Shown: in pieces, positions 23,464-36,271 of the stretch
Position numbering within the stretch: the stretch's first letter is position 1
Layout of the letters: every line of letters starts with the position of its first letter
NCBI RefSeq assembly: GCF_006345805.1
Contig: NC_043000.1
Coordinates: forward strand, 119,474,001 to 119,538,000
Length of the DNA stretch: 64,000 bases
Source: Octopus sinensis
Taxonomy: Eukaryota
Direction: 5' to 3'
Position numbers and translations under genes: made by a program
The notes under the pieces: generated by a model
Database searches by the model: none
What the model was told of the DNA's origin: nothing
What the model saw: the letters and a program-made list of their open reading frames with translations, nothing else

Positions 23464-23550
23464 CTCATAAGAAATGGCAGAAGCAATACATTTGGTTCTT
23501 GTTAATAGGAAAGAATCGAACAGCTTCTTGGCACCAATAGAAAGAATGCT
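23464..23550 (-). CDS. KNTC1: KNTC1 exon SILSIGAKKLFDSF...SAISYE
   Basis: ttcttcag|...|gtcagt, 87 nt, phase 0-0; weak similarity, end SAISYE comparable to AGFSHQ. Confidence 0.7.
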
Positions 23551-25017
23551 CTGAAGAAAAAAATAAATGATAATTCTTAGAAGTAATCTTTGGAAAAAAG
23601 AGAGAGAAATATTATAAAACAATGTCATCATTTAACATCGATGTTCCATGTTGGCATGAGCTGGACAGTTTGACAGTATCCAATGCGTCTAAGGACTGAG
23701 ATGTGCTTCTTGTCAGCTTTGGAATGGTTTCTATGGTTGGGTGCCCTTCCTAATGCCAGCCACTTTACAGCATTTACTGGGTGCTTCTCCATAGCACCAG
23801 CACTAGTAAGGTCACCAAGTAGCTGCAAGACCAAGACCCCCTTTGACTGAATTGGTCTACAGTAGGGAGGGAGATGACTTTATGCTTAGAGACGAAGGGC
23901 TAATGTATGAGAAAATGGGCCAGAACAGGTTTTTTGTTGTAAAGGAGAATAAGTGCTATCAGGGAAAAGCTGATGAAATATGCACCATACCAAAGCATCC
24001 AGCCATGAAAACCATGCCAAAACAGACTCTCTGGTGCTGGTACATTGTAAAAAGTTTGTAGTCCACACTGTAAAGTGGTTGGCATTAGGAAGGGCAGCCA
24101 AACGTAAAATCCATGTCAAAACAGCCCCTGCAGTGCTGGTACCATGTAAAATGCACCAGTCCACAGTGTAAAGCGGTTTGTATTAGAAAGGGCATCCAAC
24201 CGTAAAAACCATGCCAAAAGAGAGGAGCTTGGTGCAGTCCTTTGGCTTTCTAGCTCCTAACTGTCCAACCTATGCCAGTAGGAAGATGGACGTTAAAATG
24301 ATGATGATGATGATTACATTTAATTACAGTAGTAAAATATTGCAGTTAGAAAGGCAAAGGATGGTGAGAATGTTTTGAGGAGTGATGTATAATTTTTAAA
24401 TGCCACTTAAAAACACCCAGTCCACACTATAAAGTGATTGGCATTCGGAAGGGCATCCAGCTGTAAAAAAACCTTGCCAAAACTGACCTCACCTGTGCTT
24501 GTGCCACAAAAAAAGCACTCAGTCCACTGTTGAGCGGTTGGTGTTAAGAAGGGCATCCAGCTGTAAAATTTCTGCCAAAACAGTCACAGAAGTCTGGTTC
24601 AGGTTTCTGCCTGGCTGGCTCTGGTGGTACTGTCCCACCCATGCTAGCATGGAAGGTGGACGTTAAACAAGGATGATGATTTCTACTATTGGGTAGGTTG
24701 AATGGTGCTGCAAATTTAGCCAATATGGAAATTCAATCATCATTTAACATCTGCTTGCCATGCTGGCATGGGTTGGAAAGTTTGACCGGAGCCAGCCAGG
24801 CAGAAGACTGCACCCTGCTTTGCTGTTTGTTTCGTCACAGTTTTTCCAGATGGATGTCCGTACAATGAAAAGTGCAGGTGTGGCTGTGCAGTAAGAATCT
24901 CACTTTCCAAACAGACAATTGGGAAGGTTCAGTGGCACTTTGGGCAAGGGTCTTATACTATAGCCCCAGGTTGACCAAAGCCTTCTTAGTGGATTTGATA
25001 GACAGAAAGCAAAAGAC

Positions 25018-25049
<32 letters not shown>

Positions 25050-25272
25050 ATCTTTCTACCACCAATCACCAACACTTGACAACTGGATTTGGTTTGTTTA
25101 CATCCCCTATAACTTAGCAGTCCAGCATAAAAAGGTTGACAGAGTGAGCACCAGGCTTTAAAAAAATAAGTCCTAGAGTTGATTTGTTGAACTAAACCCC
25201 AATCAAGGTGGTGCCCCAGCATGGCCACAGCCCAATGACTGAAACAAGTAAAAGATAAAAAGCTCAAAATAC

Positions 25273-25396
25273 CTGAAGTAATTTGTTGTTAAGGACAGCC
25301 GACATGAGGAGGCAAGAAATGGCGCAGACAGGAAGCCCTAAACGGTGGAAATGCTTGGCAAGTAGATCAAGGTCCAAAGACAGGACATCAGGACAT
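25273..25396 (-). CDS. KNTC1: KNTC1 exon CPDVLSLDLDLLAKHFHRLGLPVCAISCLLM...LLQ
   Basis: atttctag|...|gtattt, 124 nt, phase 2-0; resembles CPVSGDLDLIGVARQYIQLELPAFALACLML. Confidence 0.92.
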
Positions 25397-26366
25397 CTAG
25401 AAATAAGGGGGGAAAAAGAAAATATCGTAAGAACAACATAAAGCAAATAAACAAAAACAAAGAAGCAAGCTTGTGTTTTTTATGTTTTTAGTCAGGTGGG
25501 AAGCAGTAACAATGACCCTTTAAAGGGGTCATTGGAAAGGAGGGAAGGAATCTTCAGTACTGGACCCTTGGGCTAAATGCTTGAAACAGGGTGGATGCCA
25601 CCAAAGGTAATCAAGTGGTGATATAGATCCGGGTGAAGTAGGCAATGGCAGGATTTGAACTTACACATGCAAGTATGCCTGTGTGGTAAGAAGTTTGATT
25701 CCAAACCACATGGCCTCAGGTTCAGTACCAGCTGCACAGCACCTTGTGCAAGTGCATTCTATAATAGCCCTGTGCCAACAGATGCCTTGGGAGTGAATCT
25801 GGTAGACGAAAACTGTAAGAAGCTTGTCGTGTATGTATAGCCATGTCTTGACCGTTACGTGATGGTTGTAACTGAATAGGGTCGTCATACAAATGATAAT
25901 GTCCATTTCCAGTTGCCTAGCCAGTGGGAAATATCTTGTTTGGTTTGGCAACAGGAGGAGCATCTAGCCGTAGAAAATCTGTCTCAACAAATCCCACTTG
26001 ACCCATGCAAGCATGGAAAAGAGGATGTTAAATGATGATAATGATGAGGAATGCAAAATCTGGAACAAATACCACAAGGTATTCAGTCCAACATTTTTAT
26101 GGATCTGCCAATCCATCACCATGGGTGGGCACGTCTTTTGATTTTCTATATCAAATCTGATGGCATGCGAGGCGATGGTGACTGCGGCAAAAATTTAAAC
26201 TTAGAGAGCAGAGCGTTGGACCATACACTGCAAGGTATTCTACTTGAATGAACTAAGTACCAACAAATATATCTTATTTACTGCAATAAGGAAAAGGAAA
26301 GTAGTTGTCTTATCATGAACACACACGATCAGAAATAAATTTTAAAAATGCTGGGAACCCACAAAC

Positions 26367-26427
26367 CTTTGAATTAGATTGAAAGCATGTAGGCATTCAT
26401 CTCGTTCCTCATCAGTATTAACAGAGG
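26367..26427 (-). CDS. KNTC1: KNTC1 exon SVNTDEERDECLHAFNLIQ
   Basis: atttccag|...|gtttgt, 61 nt, phase 1-2; phase-compatible on both sides. Confidence 0.82.
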
Positions 26428-26735
26428 CTGGAAATAATAATAATAATGATGCTTTATTTACCACTATGGGTTCACAAAAAACGTTGGGGGCAGAACTGGA
26501 CAAGACAAAATGGGGTTACATAAAGAAGTGTGTAAAAAGTAGAAAAAGTGATAATATAAATTCTAACAATGCATAATTCCCCAAAAGAGGGAGACTTCCT
26601 AGGGCTGTTTCTGGAAACCCCCACAAAACCAGGGTCATGCTGACTACTATGGCAAGTGTCCTCTCCACATGATTTTCCTTCAATTTACAGGTGCATGCTT
26701 AAAGTAGGCCTCTTCACTTGGAGCATTCTTGACAC

Positions 26736-27493
26736 AGTGGAGGCGCGTGGCTTAGTGGTTAGGGTGTTAAACTCATGATCGTAAGGTTGTGGTTTCTATT
26801 CCTGGACCGGGTGATGCGTTGTGTTCTTGAGCAAGACACCTCATTTCACGTTGTTCCAGTTCACTCAGCTAGCAAAAATGAGCAATCCTGCAAAGGACTG
26901 GCGTCCCATCCAGTTGGGGTATTTCTACGCCACTGAGACAGGGAAACCGGCCCTTATGAGCCTGGCATGGCTCACGAAGGAACATTTTTTGTGGAGGCAC
27001 ATGGCTTAGTGGTTAGGGTGTTGAACTCATGATCGTAAGGTTGTGGTTTCAATTCCTGGACCAGGAATGCATTGTGTTCTTGAGCAAAACACTTCATTTC
27101 GCGTTGCTCCAGTTCGCTAGGCTGGCAAAAGTGAGTAATCCTGCGGTGGACTGGTGTCCCATCCAGTTGGGGAATTTCTACGCCACTGAAACTGGGTAAA
27201 TGGCCCTTATGATCCTGGCATGGCTCGCGAAGGAACATTTTTTTGTGGAGGTGCGTGGCTTAGTGGTTAGGGTGTTGAACTCATGACTGTAAGGTTGAGG
27301 TTTCAATTCCTGGACCGGGCATTGTGTTGTGTTCTTGAGCAAAACACTTCATTTCACGTTGCTCCAGTCCACTCAGCTGGCAAAAGTGAGTAACGCTGTG
27401 ATGGACTGGTGTCCTGTCCAGGTGGGGAATTTCTATGCAGATGAAACTGGGAAACCGGCTCTTATGAACCTGGCATGGCTCGAGAAGGAACAT
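26736..27493 (+). mobile_element. Tandem trimer of SINE family C
   Basis: Units start at 26736, 26991 and 27245, each with A box TGGCTTAGTGG, B box GTTTC(A/T)ATTCC and tail GAAGGAACA + T-run. Confidence 0.9.
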
Positions 27494-27559
27494 TTAAATT
27501 TTTTTTTTAATTCTTGCCACAATTACCCACCTTTTGACAAAATTGCTGTGAGCCAGCAC

Positions 27560-28220
27560 TTCCCTTGCTTTCGTTTTCAAGTGAAACCCGAAAAAGTTGA
27601 TGAGGGAAAGTAGGAAAGTATCTAACTTCAGCCCTTTCAATCTGGTCCACCACACAACCTCTTTTGCTAAGACTACTAGAAAAATGCTGCTTGTACTTTC
27701 TGACGAAAGGGAGGAGGCAGGATGATCTTCATAATGGATTCAGCTAATAGGCGGATCTGTCCTACACATGACAGCAGGTGTTTGACATAAGGCGGCGAGC
27801 TGGCAGAAACATTAGAACGCCAGGCGAAATGCTTTGCGGTATTTCGTCTGCCGCTACGTTCTGAGTTCAAATTCCGGCGAGGTCGACTTTGCCTTTCATC
27901 CTTTCGGGGTCGATAAATTAAGTACCAGTTATGCACTGGGGTCGATGTAATCGACTTAATGTCCTTGTTTGTCCCCTCTATGTTTAGCCCCTAGTGGGCA
28001 ATAAAGAAATAAGCAGGTGTTTGACATAAACCCACAAGCCAGCAATGTTCGGGCCTGGATGAGAGCATGCAGAACAGTTTTGCTGCTCTGCACACATCTC
28101 AGGTAAACCTGGCTGATGGCACTTCCATGCCTGTAGAACTTATCAAAAACCAGCAATGCTACCCTGCTCCTCATAACATTGTGAATCCACCAAAAAGTAA
28201 TGATTAAATTTTGAATATAC
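27560..28220 (-). mobile_element. Old RTE-type LINE fossil split by a family B SINE (27791-28011)
   Basis: 18-bp TSD agcaggtgtttgacataa (27773-27790, 28012-28029); joined minus frame ...HALIQARTLLACGFMSNT...RKYKQHFSSSLSK resembles the RTE LLIKAQLRWAGHV...KRYKDTLK region; stops present. Confidence 0.55.
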
Positions 28221-29736
28221 CTCCCAAAACTCAACACAGAAGGAATATATTTACGAAAATAGGAAGGTAAGGGTGTTAGGCAACTGGAAAGTTATTATAA
28301 AATACCTACAAAACTATAAAAATTTAGTAAAAAAAATAAAGGGTACTAACTAAAATAACTAGAAAACATGCAAAAAAAAAAAAAGACCCCGAAAGGATGA
28401 AAGGCAAAGCTGATCTCAATGGGATTTGAAATCATCATCATTTAACATTCACTTTCCATGCTAGCATGGGGTGGACGATTTGACTGAGAACTGGCGAACC
28501 AGATTCCAGTCTTGATCTGGCAGAGTTTCTACAGAATGCAAAGAGATGGAATAAATGCAACTGTTGCTTGTCTTTAAGAAAGCAAACCAACATCAGCTGA
28601 AGTAACAGAGATGCTCTTGAGAAAGATAGATAGAGAGAAAGAAATGTAATGAAAAGTGAAAATGGGATAACAGAAAGAGGATATGATGAAGACCCCTATT
28701 ACATAACCAAAAGCTGACGAATCTGAGACTAATCAAAGTGGATAAAGAAAACAAACCCGGCAATGATTGAGAAGCACAAGACACAAGAGGTGAGATCAAT
28801 AATTTTTTATGGGTGGATAAAAACCCAAAACTTCCAACTAGAAACTAATGAAAATACATAACAAAATAGAATATGTGGAGATTGGGGAAAAAGCTCCCAA
28901 CCACGTTAGTTCTGGACAAGTCAGCCTGGTTACTGAAAAACAGGGCGGAAAAAGCTTGCTTCACATCCTCATGGTTTTAGGTTCAGTCCCATACCACAGC
29001 ACCTTGGCATTTGTCTTCTAGTATAGCCTTGGGCTAACCAAAGTCTTGTGAGTGGATTCGGTAGATGGAAACTGAAAGAAGCCCATCATACACACACACA
29101 TCAGTGTGTATCTGTATTTGTCCTCTACTATTATCTGATAACTGGTGTTGGTGTGTTTATGTCCCAGTAACTTAGCAGTCTGGCAAACAGAGACTGATAG
29201 AAAAAGTACTGGAGTTGATTCATTCGACCCCAAAAATTCTTCTAGGTAGTGCTCCAGCATAATGATTGAAACAAGAAAAAGATAAAAGAATATTCAAGTG
29301 AAGGAGAGAAAAAAAAAACACGACAACAACCATCATATTTGTAAGTGCAAGGTTCTGAGTTAGGTTGAACTGAAGCTGTTGACTTTCCTCAAAAGACAGG
29401 TTGGAACCTGCTGAATGCTTGAAAAACTTAACACCAACCGCACTTTGTTGAATTTATGGATTTTTCTGTATTTAAATTTGTTTTAATCAACTGTCCAGCT
29501 GCAATCAAGCACCCATTACACTCTTGGAGTGGTTGGTGTTAGGAAGGACATCTAGCTGCAGAAACCTTCCCAGATCAGATAGGAGCCTGGTGCAGCCTCC
29601 TGACTTAGCAGTCCTCACTCAGTCAAGCTGTCCAACCCCTGCCAGCATGGAAAGCAGACATTAAACGATGATGATGACGACGACGATGTTGATGATGATG
29701 CAGAAATGTGGAAAGAAGAATAAAAACAAAACTTAC

Positions 29737-29848
29737 ATTTATTCAAAATGGAAACAATGATGGTTTGCCAGGCTGAAGGCAACGATGGTAGCACATCAAG
29801 TGATGGGATCTCAATAATACGCAGTAGAATATATTCAAGCTCTTTCAT
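29737..29848 (-). CDS. KNTC1: KNTC1 exon MKELEYILLRI...PSAWQTIIVSILNK
   Basis: ttttgcag|...|gtaagt, 112 nt, phase 0-1; resembles SKAWQRVIQIPL. Confidence 0.9.
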
Positions 29849-29962
29849 CTGCAAAACAACAACAATACAGAAATGAGACGAAGAGCAGGCCTCTACATGG
29901 TTGCTTGGTCTGATTGAAATGGTTACCAATATCTCCCTCATGAAGCCTATATTAGATCAGTT

Positions 29963-30187
29963 AGAAAGCGGCGAGCTGGCAGAAGCATTAGCACGCTGGG
30001 CGAAATGCGTTGCCGTATTTCGTCTGTTGTTACGTTCCAAGTTCAAATTCTGCCGAGGTCGACTTTGCCTTTCATCCTTTCGGGGTCGATAAATTAAGTA
30101 CCAGTTATGCACTGGGGTCGATGTAATTGACTTAATCCCTTTGTCTGTCCCCTCTGTGTTTAGCCCTTTGTGGGTAGTAAAGAAATA
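29963..30187 (+). mobile_element. Family B SINE with 15-bp TSD
   Basis: tatattagatcagtt at 29948-29962 and 30188-30202. Confidence 0.9.
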
Positions 30188-30891
30188 TATATTAGATCAG
30201 TTTTTTTCCATATCACAGGTCCCAGAATGATTAAAAAAAAAAAAAAAGCCCAGGGTATGGGGAAGCTGCAGATCAATTGTCATCGCCAACATTTAATGTC
30301 CAGTGTCATGTAAAAAGCACCTGTGCTGGCACCACGTACAGAGTACCTGTGCTGGTTTCACATAACAAGCACCCACAGTGCCACATATAAAGCATCTATG
30401 CTGGTACCACGTAAAAAGCACTTGTGCTGGTACCAAGTATAATGCACCCATGCTGGTGCCATGTAAAAAAATATCCAGTACACTGTGAGGTGGTTGCATC
30501 AGGAAGAGCATCCAGCTGTAGAAACCATGCCGAAACCAGACAATTGGAGTCTGATGCAGCCGTCCGACAGGCCAGCTCTTGTCAAGCCATCCAACCCATG
30601 CCAGCATGGAAAACAGAAGTTAAATGATGATGACGATGATAATGATGATTTTGTCCATGCTTGCATGGGTCAAATGGAATTTGTTGAGGCAAATATTTTT
30701 ATGGCTGGCTGCCCCTTCTCTTGCAGACCCTCACTTGTTGCCAAGCAAAGTAAGATTTTCACATGGCCTGACAGGCTTTTCACAGAAGACTGGAAATGAA
30801 TAACCTTCCTTGGAGGAAAATGATGATTCTTATTTAACAATCATCACACGATGTCCAGACAAAGGTACATACAAACATACACATGTATACA

Positions 30892-31400
30892 TACCATAAA
30901 TCCACGAGTATAGTCCGCAGGGGATTTTTAGGGGGTTGTACCTCTGAAAAACCTAAACCTTGTGTACAATATGCACCCCTTCTCTAACTTGAATCATGCG
31001 TAATTAAGCCAGCAGCACCTAGTCGAACAAACACTTCTGTGCATGCATAATTCAATGATGGTGATGTTCTTAACTGTTATATGGGAATGTAAAAATGTTT
31101 GCAAATTGTTTTTGTTACATGTTATTCTGTGTTCTGAATACTTTTATTTTAATAAATGTTGCTTACTGCAAGTTATGGATGATTCTTTTATGACTTCATT
31201 GCTTTCAGGCTTAGCTTAAGGTATTTTGGTGCCCGACATCACAAAATGCATGTGAATAAACATTGCCAGACAGCAAATAGAGACTTGGACATTGCTTAGA
31301 AAATATTTTTCATTTTTAACCTTGTATATAGTATGCACTAGGTATTTTGACCGTTAAATTTTGGGGAAAAAATGCGGATTATACTCGAAGATTTATGGTA
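30892..31400. mobile_element. pogo/Tc1-type MITE, TA-flanked
   Basis: TA-CCATAAATCCACGAGTATAGTCCGC ... GCGGATTATACTCGAAGATTTATGG-TA. Confidence 0.85.
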
Positions 31401-32214
31401 CATACAATGGGATTCTTTCAGTTTCCATCTCACAAAGCTTTGGTTGGCCTGTCATCATCATCATCATTTAACGTCTGCTTTCCATGCTGGCATGGGTTGG
31501 ATGGTTTGACTGAAAACTGGTAAGCTGGGGAGTTGCACCACATTTCAATCTGATAATGTTTCCACAGTTAAATGCCCTTCCTAGCACCAACCACCCCGAG
31601 AGTATAGTGGGTGGTTTTTACATGCCACTGGTATGGTATATCGTCAAGGGTCTTTGTTACCTGTCACTGCCTCAATGAGGCCCAAGTCTTAAACATGTCA
31701 TGTTTAAAAAATTGGCTTCAAATTTTGGCACAGTGCCAGCAACTTTGGGGAAGGGGTAACTCAATTACAATGACCCCTAGTAACCAACTGGAGTTTATTT
31801 TATCGACCCTGAAAGAACGAAAGGCTAAGTTGACCAAGGTGGAGTTTGAACTCAGAATGTGAAGACGGATGAAACGGCGCTAAGCATTTTACCTGGTGTG
31901 CTAATGGTTCTGTTATCATGTTGTGAAGATGCTTCTAAACTTGGTAAAGAATTATAGGAATGCAAGCTATTCTGGTGTTCTTGTTAATGTAGGGGTTGGG
32001 GAGAAGGCCATGTGGTAAGAAGTTTGCTTCCTGATCATCTGGTTTCAGGTTCAGTCCTACAGCAGGACATCTTGGGCAAGTATCTTCTGCTTTAACCTTT
32101 GGTCAACCAAAGCCTTGCGAGTGGATGTGGTAGAAGGAAACTGAAAGAAGCCTGTCACATACATGTGTGTATATGTGAGTTTGCATGTGTTTATATATAC
32201 ATATATATATAAAT

Positions 32215-32812
32215 ATATAAACTCTGCTTGCGAAGACCTGTTGAGGCAAGTGAAATCGAAATCGAGTCACATCCGACGACTGGCACCCATGACAACCTCC
32301 CTTCATTGGACACTAAACTCTGCTTGCGAAGACCTGTTGGTGAAATTGAAATTGAACCAAATTCGATGACTGGCAACCAGTCATTGCCAGTGCCGCTGGA
32401 CTGACTCCTGTGCAGGTGGCAAGTAAAGAAACACCGTTTTGACCCTGTGCTTGAGGAGACCTATTGAGTCAAGTACATCAACATCAAAATCAATGGAAAT
32501 TGTAGTTGTGATCTCTGTGCTGGTGGCATGTAAAAGGCACCATCTGAACGTGACCGATGCCAGCACTGCCTTTACTGGCTTCCGTGCCGGTGGCACGTAA
32601 AAAGCACCAGCCGATTGTGGTTGTTGCCAGCCTACCCTGGCACGTAAAAAGCACCCACTACACTCACAGAGTGGTTGGTGTTAGGAAGGGCATCCAGCTG
32701 TAGAAACTTTGCCAGATCAGACTGGAGCCTGGTGCAGCCTTCTGGCTTCCCAGACCCCGGTTCAACCCATGCTAGCATGGAAAACAGACGTTAAACGATG
32801 ATGATGATGATG
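32215..32812 (+). mobile_element. Long family D copy with extended 5' modules
   Basis: aaactctgcttgcgaagacctgttg repeated at about 32220 and 32316; GATGATGAT tail near 32800. Confidence 0.75.
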
Positions 32813-32983
32813 TAAGAACCATATTCATCTGAATCTAAATTTTTGCTGAACTCATCTACCATACCTAAAGTATATAAATATATATGTATATAGACGTATG
32901 TATGTACACATGTGTGTGTGCACCTTTGTCCTGATATATGATAGTTGTAAATGAGCATCAATGTCATATAAGCATTTCCATTT

Positions 32984-33024
<41 letters not shown>

Positions 33025-33050
33025 GGAGATATATGAAGACTAGTACTTAC

Positions 33051-33155
33051 CATATTTAGATTTTTCATTTTGGCAAGGATAGCTTCCCACATAGTAAAGC
33101 TGTAAATTTTGTAATCAAAGCACAAGGAACTAACTATAATGGCCGCTTCCTGAGC
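33051..33155 (-). CDS. KNTC1: KNTC1 exon AQEAAIIVSSLCFDYKIY...KNLNM
   Basis: tttacag|...|gtaagt, 105 nt, phase 0-0; resembles LVTELCLEYKIYDLQLW...GFNM. Confidence 0.93.
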
Positions 33156-33974
33156 CTGTAAAAATAATGTTACAATATTCTTTGGTCAGACATAAAGGTA
33201 AATTATGTTACACAGGGTTATATTTGACAGTTGATCTAGTATTTTTTCCTTTTACTTGTTTCAGTCATTAGATTGCAGCCATGCTGGGGTACCACCTCAA
33301 AGGGTTACAGTAAAAAAAAAAATTGACCCTGGGACTTATATATATATGATGGGCTTCTTTAAGTTTCCATCTATCAAATCCACTCCTAAGGCTTTGGTCA
33401 GCCTGAAGCTATAGGAGAAAGCACGCACAGTTATGAAACTGAGGATTGTAAAAGGTTTAAATTCTTGACCTTGTGTTAATATTAGGAAGAATTCAAATGT
33501 TCTATACAATATTTTCACTGTGAAAAGAGATTGGTGCAGGAGTGGCTGTGTGGTAAGTAGCTTGCTTACCAACCACATGATTCCGGGTTCAGTCCCACTG
33601 CATGGCACCTTGGACAAGTGTCTTCTACTATAGCCTTGGGCCAACCAAAGCCTTGTGAGTGGATTTGATAGATGGAAACTGAAAGATGTCCGTAATATAT
33701 ATATATATGCGTGTGTGTGTGTGTTTGGTCCCCACTCTAACATTGCTTGACAATCGATGCTGGTGTGTTTACGTCCCCGTAACTTAGTGGTTCGGCAAAA
33801 GAGGCCGATAGAATTAGTAGTAGACTTACAAAGTCTACTACTAATTCTTGGGGTCGATTTGCCCGACTAAAGGCAGTGCTCCAGCATGGCCACAGTCAGA
33901 TGACTGAAACAAGTAAAAGAATAAAGGACTTGTACAGTCTTATCAAATTTAAATATTCTTTGAAATGATTTTAC

Positions 33975-34110
33975 CATTTTGCCATTGCTCTGATTCTTCC
34001 AAATGCTTTTAGCAAGTTTTTCCTTGTTGCAGTCTTCAAAACCCTTGGGAGTCATGCCAATATTCAATTTCTCCAGGTTGACAATATACAGCTGGTTTTG
34101 AATTAATCTC
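33975..34110 (-). CDS. KNTC1: KNTC1 exon RLIQNQLYIVNLEKLNI...KSIWKNQSNGKM
   Basis: tccaacag|...|gtaaaa, 136 nt, phase 2-0; resembles FETLNI...KEGMIKGLWKNHS. Confidence 0.9.
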
Positions 34111-35794
34111 CTGTTGGAAAGGAACACTTGAAGATTAGTGGATTAATTTAATACAAACCTTAATAAATGAAAGAATAAATCAAGAACAGTTACATAATTA
34201 AGCACAGGAGTGGCTGTGTGGTAAGTAGCTTGTTTCCCAACCACATTCTTTTCTTCTCTAGGCACATGGCCCGAAATTTTTGGGGAGGGGGCTAGTCAAT
34301 TAGATCACCCCCACTATGCAACCGGTACTTAATTTATCGACCCTGAAAGGATGAAAGGTTAAGTTGACCTCGGCGAATTTGAACTCAGAACGTAAAGACA
34401 GATGAAATTACCACTAAGCATTTTGCCCGGCAAGCTAACGTTTCTGCCAGCTCGCTGCCTTGTTTTCCAACCACATGGTTCCGGATTCAGTCCCACTGCG
34501 TGGCACCTTTGGAAAGTGTCTTCTACTCTAGTCTCGGGCTGACCAAAGCCTTGTGAGTGAATTTAGTAAACAGAATTTGAAAAATGCCCATTGCACACAT
34601 AAGGTGGCGAGCTGGCAGAAACATTAGCACACCGGGTGAAATGCCTAGCAGTATTTCATCTGCCTTTCATCCTTTCAGGGACGATTAAATCAGTACCAGT
34701 TACGCACTGGGGTCGATGTAATCGACTTAATCCCTTTGTCTGTCCTTGTTTGTCCCCTCTGTGTTTAGCCCCTTGTGGGCAAGAAAGAAATAAGAAACTG
34801 AAAAAATGCCCATTGCACACATGTGTGTGTGTGTGCCTTTGTGTCTGTCTGTTCCCTACCATTGCTTGACAACCAGTGCTGATGTGTTATGTCCCTGTAA
34901 CTTAGCAGTTCAGCAAAATAGACAGAATAAATACCAAGCTTAAAAAGAATTTTAAGGACTGGAGTTGATTTGTTTGACTGAACTTTCTCAAGGTTTGCAA
35001 GGATCTAGTCTGACTGAAACATAAAAAGATAACAGATTAAAAAAAAAAAAATTAAAGCAATTAACCTCACAGTCCGAGTGAAGTGGAGATCTGTTGATCC
35101 TCTTTGTTGTTGTGTTGAACAGATGCTCTGCACCTTTACAGACGTTCTTTGATCTTTTATTTGTTTCAGTCATTAGACTGTGGCCACGCTGGGGCACTTC
35201 CTTGAAGAATTTTAGTCGAGCAAATTTACCCCTGCATTTTTTTTTTTTGGTGGAAAGCCTTGTACTTATTCGATCAGTATCTTTTGTGAAACTGCTAAGT
35301 TATGGGGATGTTAACACACCAACACTGTTTATCAAGAAGTGGTGGGAGACAAACTGCTTGGAAGTAGATGAGGATTGGCAACAGGAAGAGCATCCAGCCA
35401 TATAAAATATGCTTCAATAAACTCTGCCCAACTCATGCAAGCATGAAAAAGCAGTTGTTAAATTACGATCATTGTCCTAAGATACGACAAAGGCAGCTGT
35501 CCATAAAACTTTAGCCAAAACTTCATGTAACACCACAGAAAACACCACAAAATCTAGCAACAGAATGAAAGAGTACAAGGGTTTTGAGCAATGAGTGACA
35601 AGATTTGCTGCTCTGCGGCAGTGGCACCCTGCATCACATTTCTCAGCCTCAACATCATTCTCTCACATGAACGAGGTTCATTATTGTAGTATTCCACTTT
35701 AGTTTCTTTCCATTTTATGGAAACACACAGACGCTAACGAAAAACACAGAAAGAGATTAATTACGCAGTAATTATGAATTGTAATAGCACAAAC

Positions 35795-35913
35795 CTGATC
35801 TCTTCAAGAGTCATGGATGTGGTTTTGGTAATTTCCTCTATTGATGCCACGTCAAACATACAGAGGAGGGCCTTAAGTTGGCACACACTTGACATTGATA
35901 CTGAGTTTTTAGG
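35795..35913 (-). CDS. KNTC1: KNTC1 exon PKNSVSMSSVCQLKALLCMFDVA...LEEI
   Basis: ttgtgtag|...|gtttgt, 119 nt, phase 0-2; resembles RALQCLFYLADKETI...IEEV. Confidence 0.9.
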
Positions 35914-36271
35914 CTACACAAAGAGAAAAAAAAAGAATTAAAAAAAAAAAAACAACAGCAGCAAATTAATTAACACAGTCATTTCAAAAATCTAATATGA
36001 TTTCAATTAACTTTTACTAATTTCAGCATAAGGCCAGCAATGTTGAGAATGGAAGAAAGTCAATTACATTGACCTTAGTATTCAACTGGTACTTTATTTT
36101 ATTGATTCCCCCCAAAAAAGATGAAAGGCAAAGTTGACCATAGCAGGACTTGAACTCAGAGTGCAGAGGGACAGAGGAAATATCAGGACGTATTTTAGTG
36201 AGACCCTAATGATTCTGCTAATTCGCTCCCTGATAACATTGCCAATGAAATATATTTATAACAGTTTTACA

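Noticed and set aside
32805-32856. Candidate minus exon after tactttag
   Set aside because: Stops after 2 codons in the required phase and has no donor; it runs into a retroposon tail.
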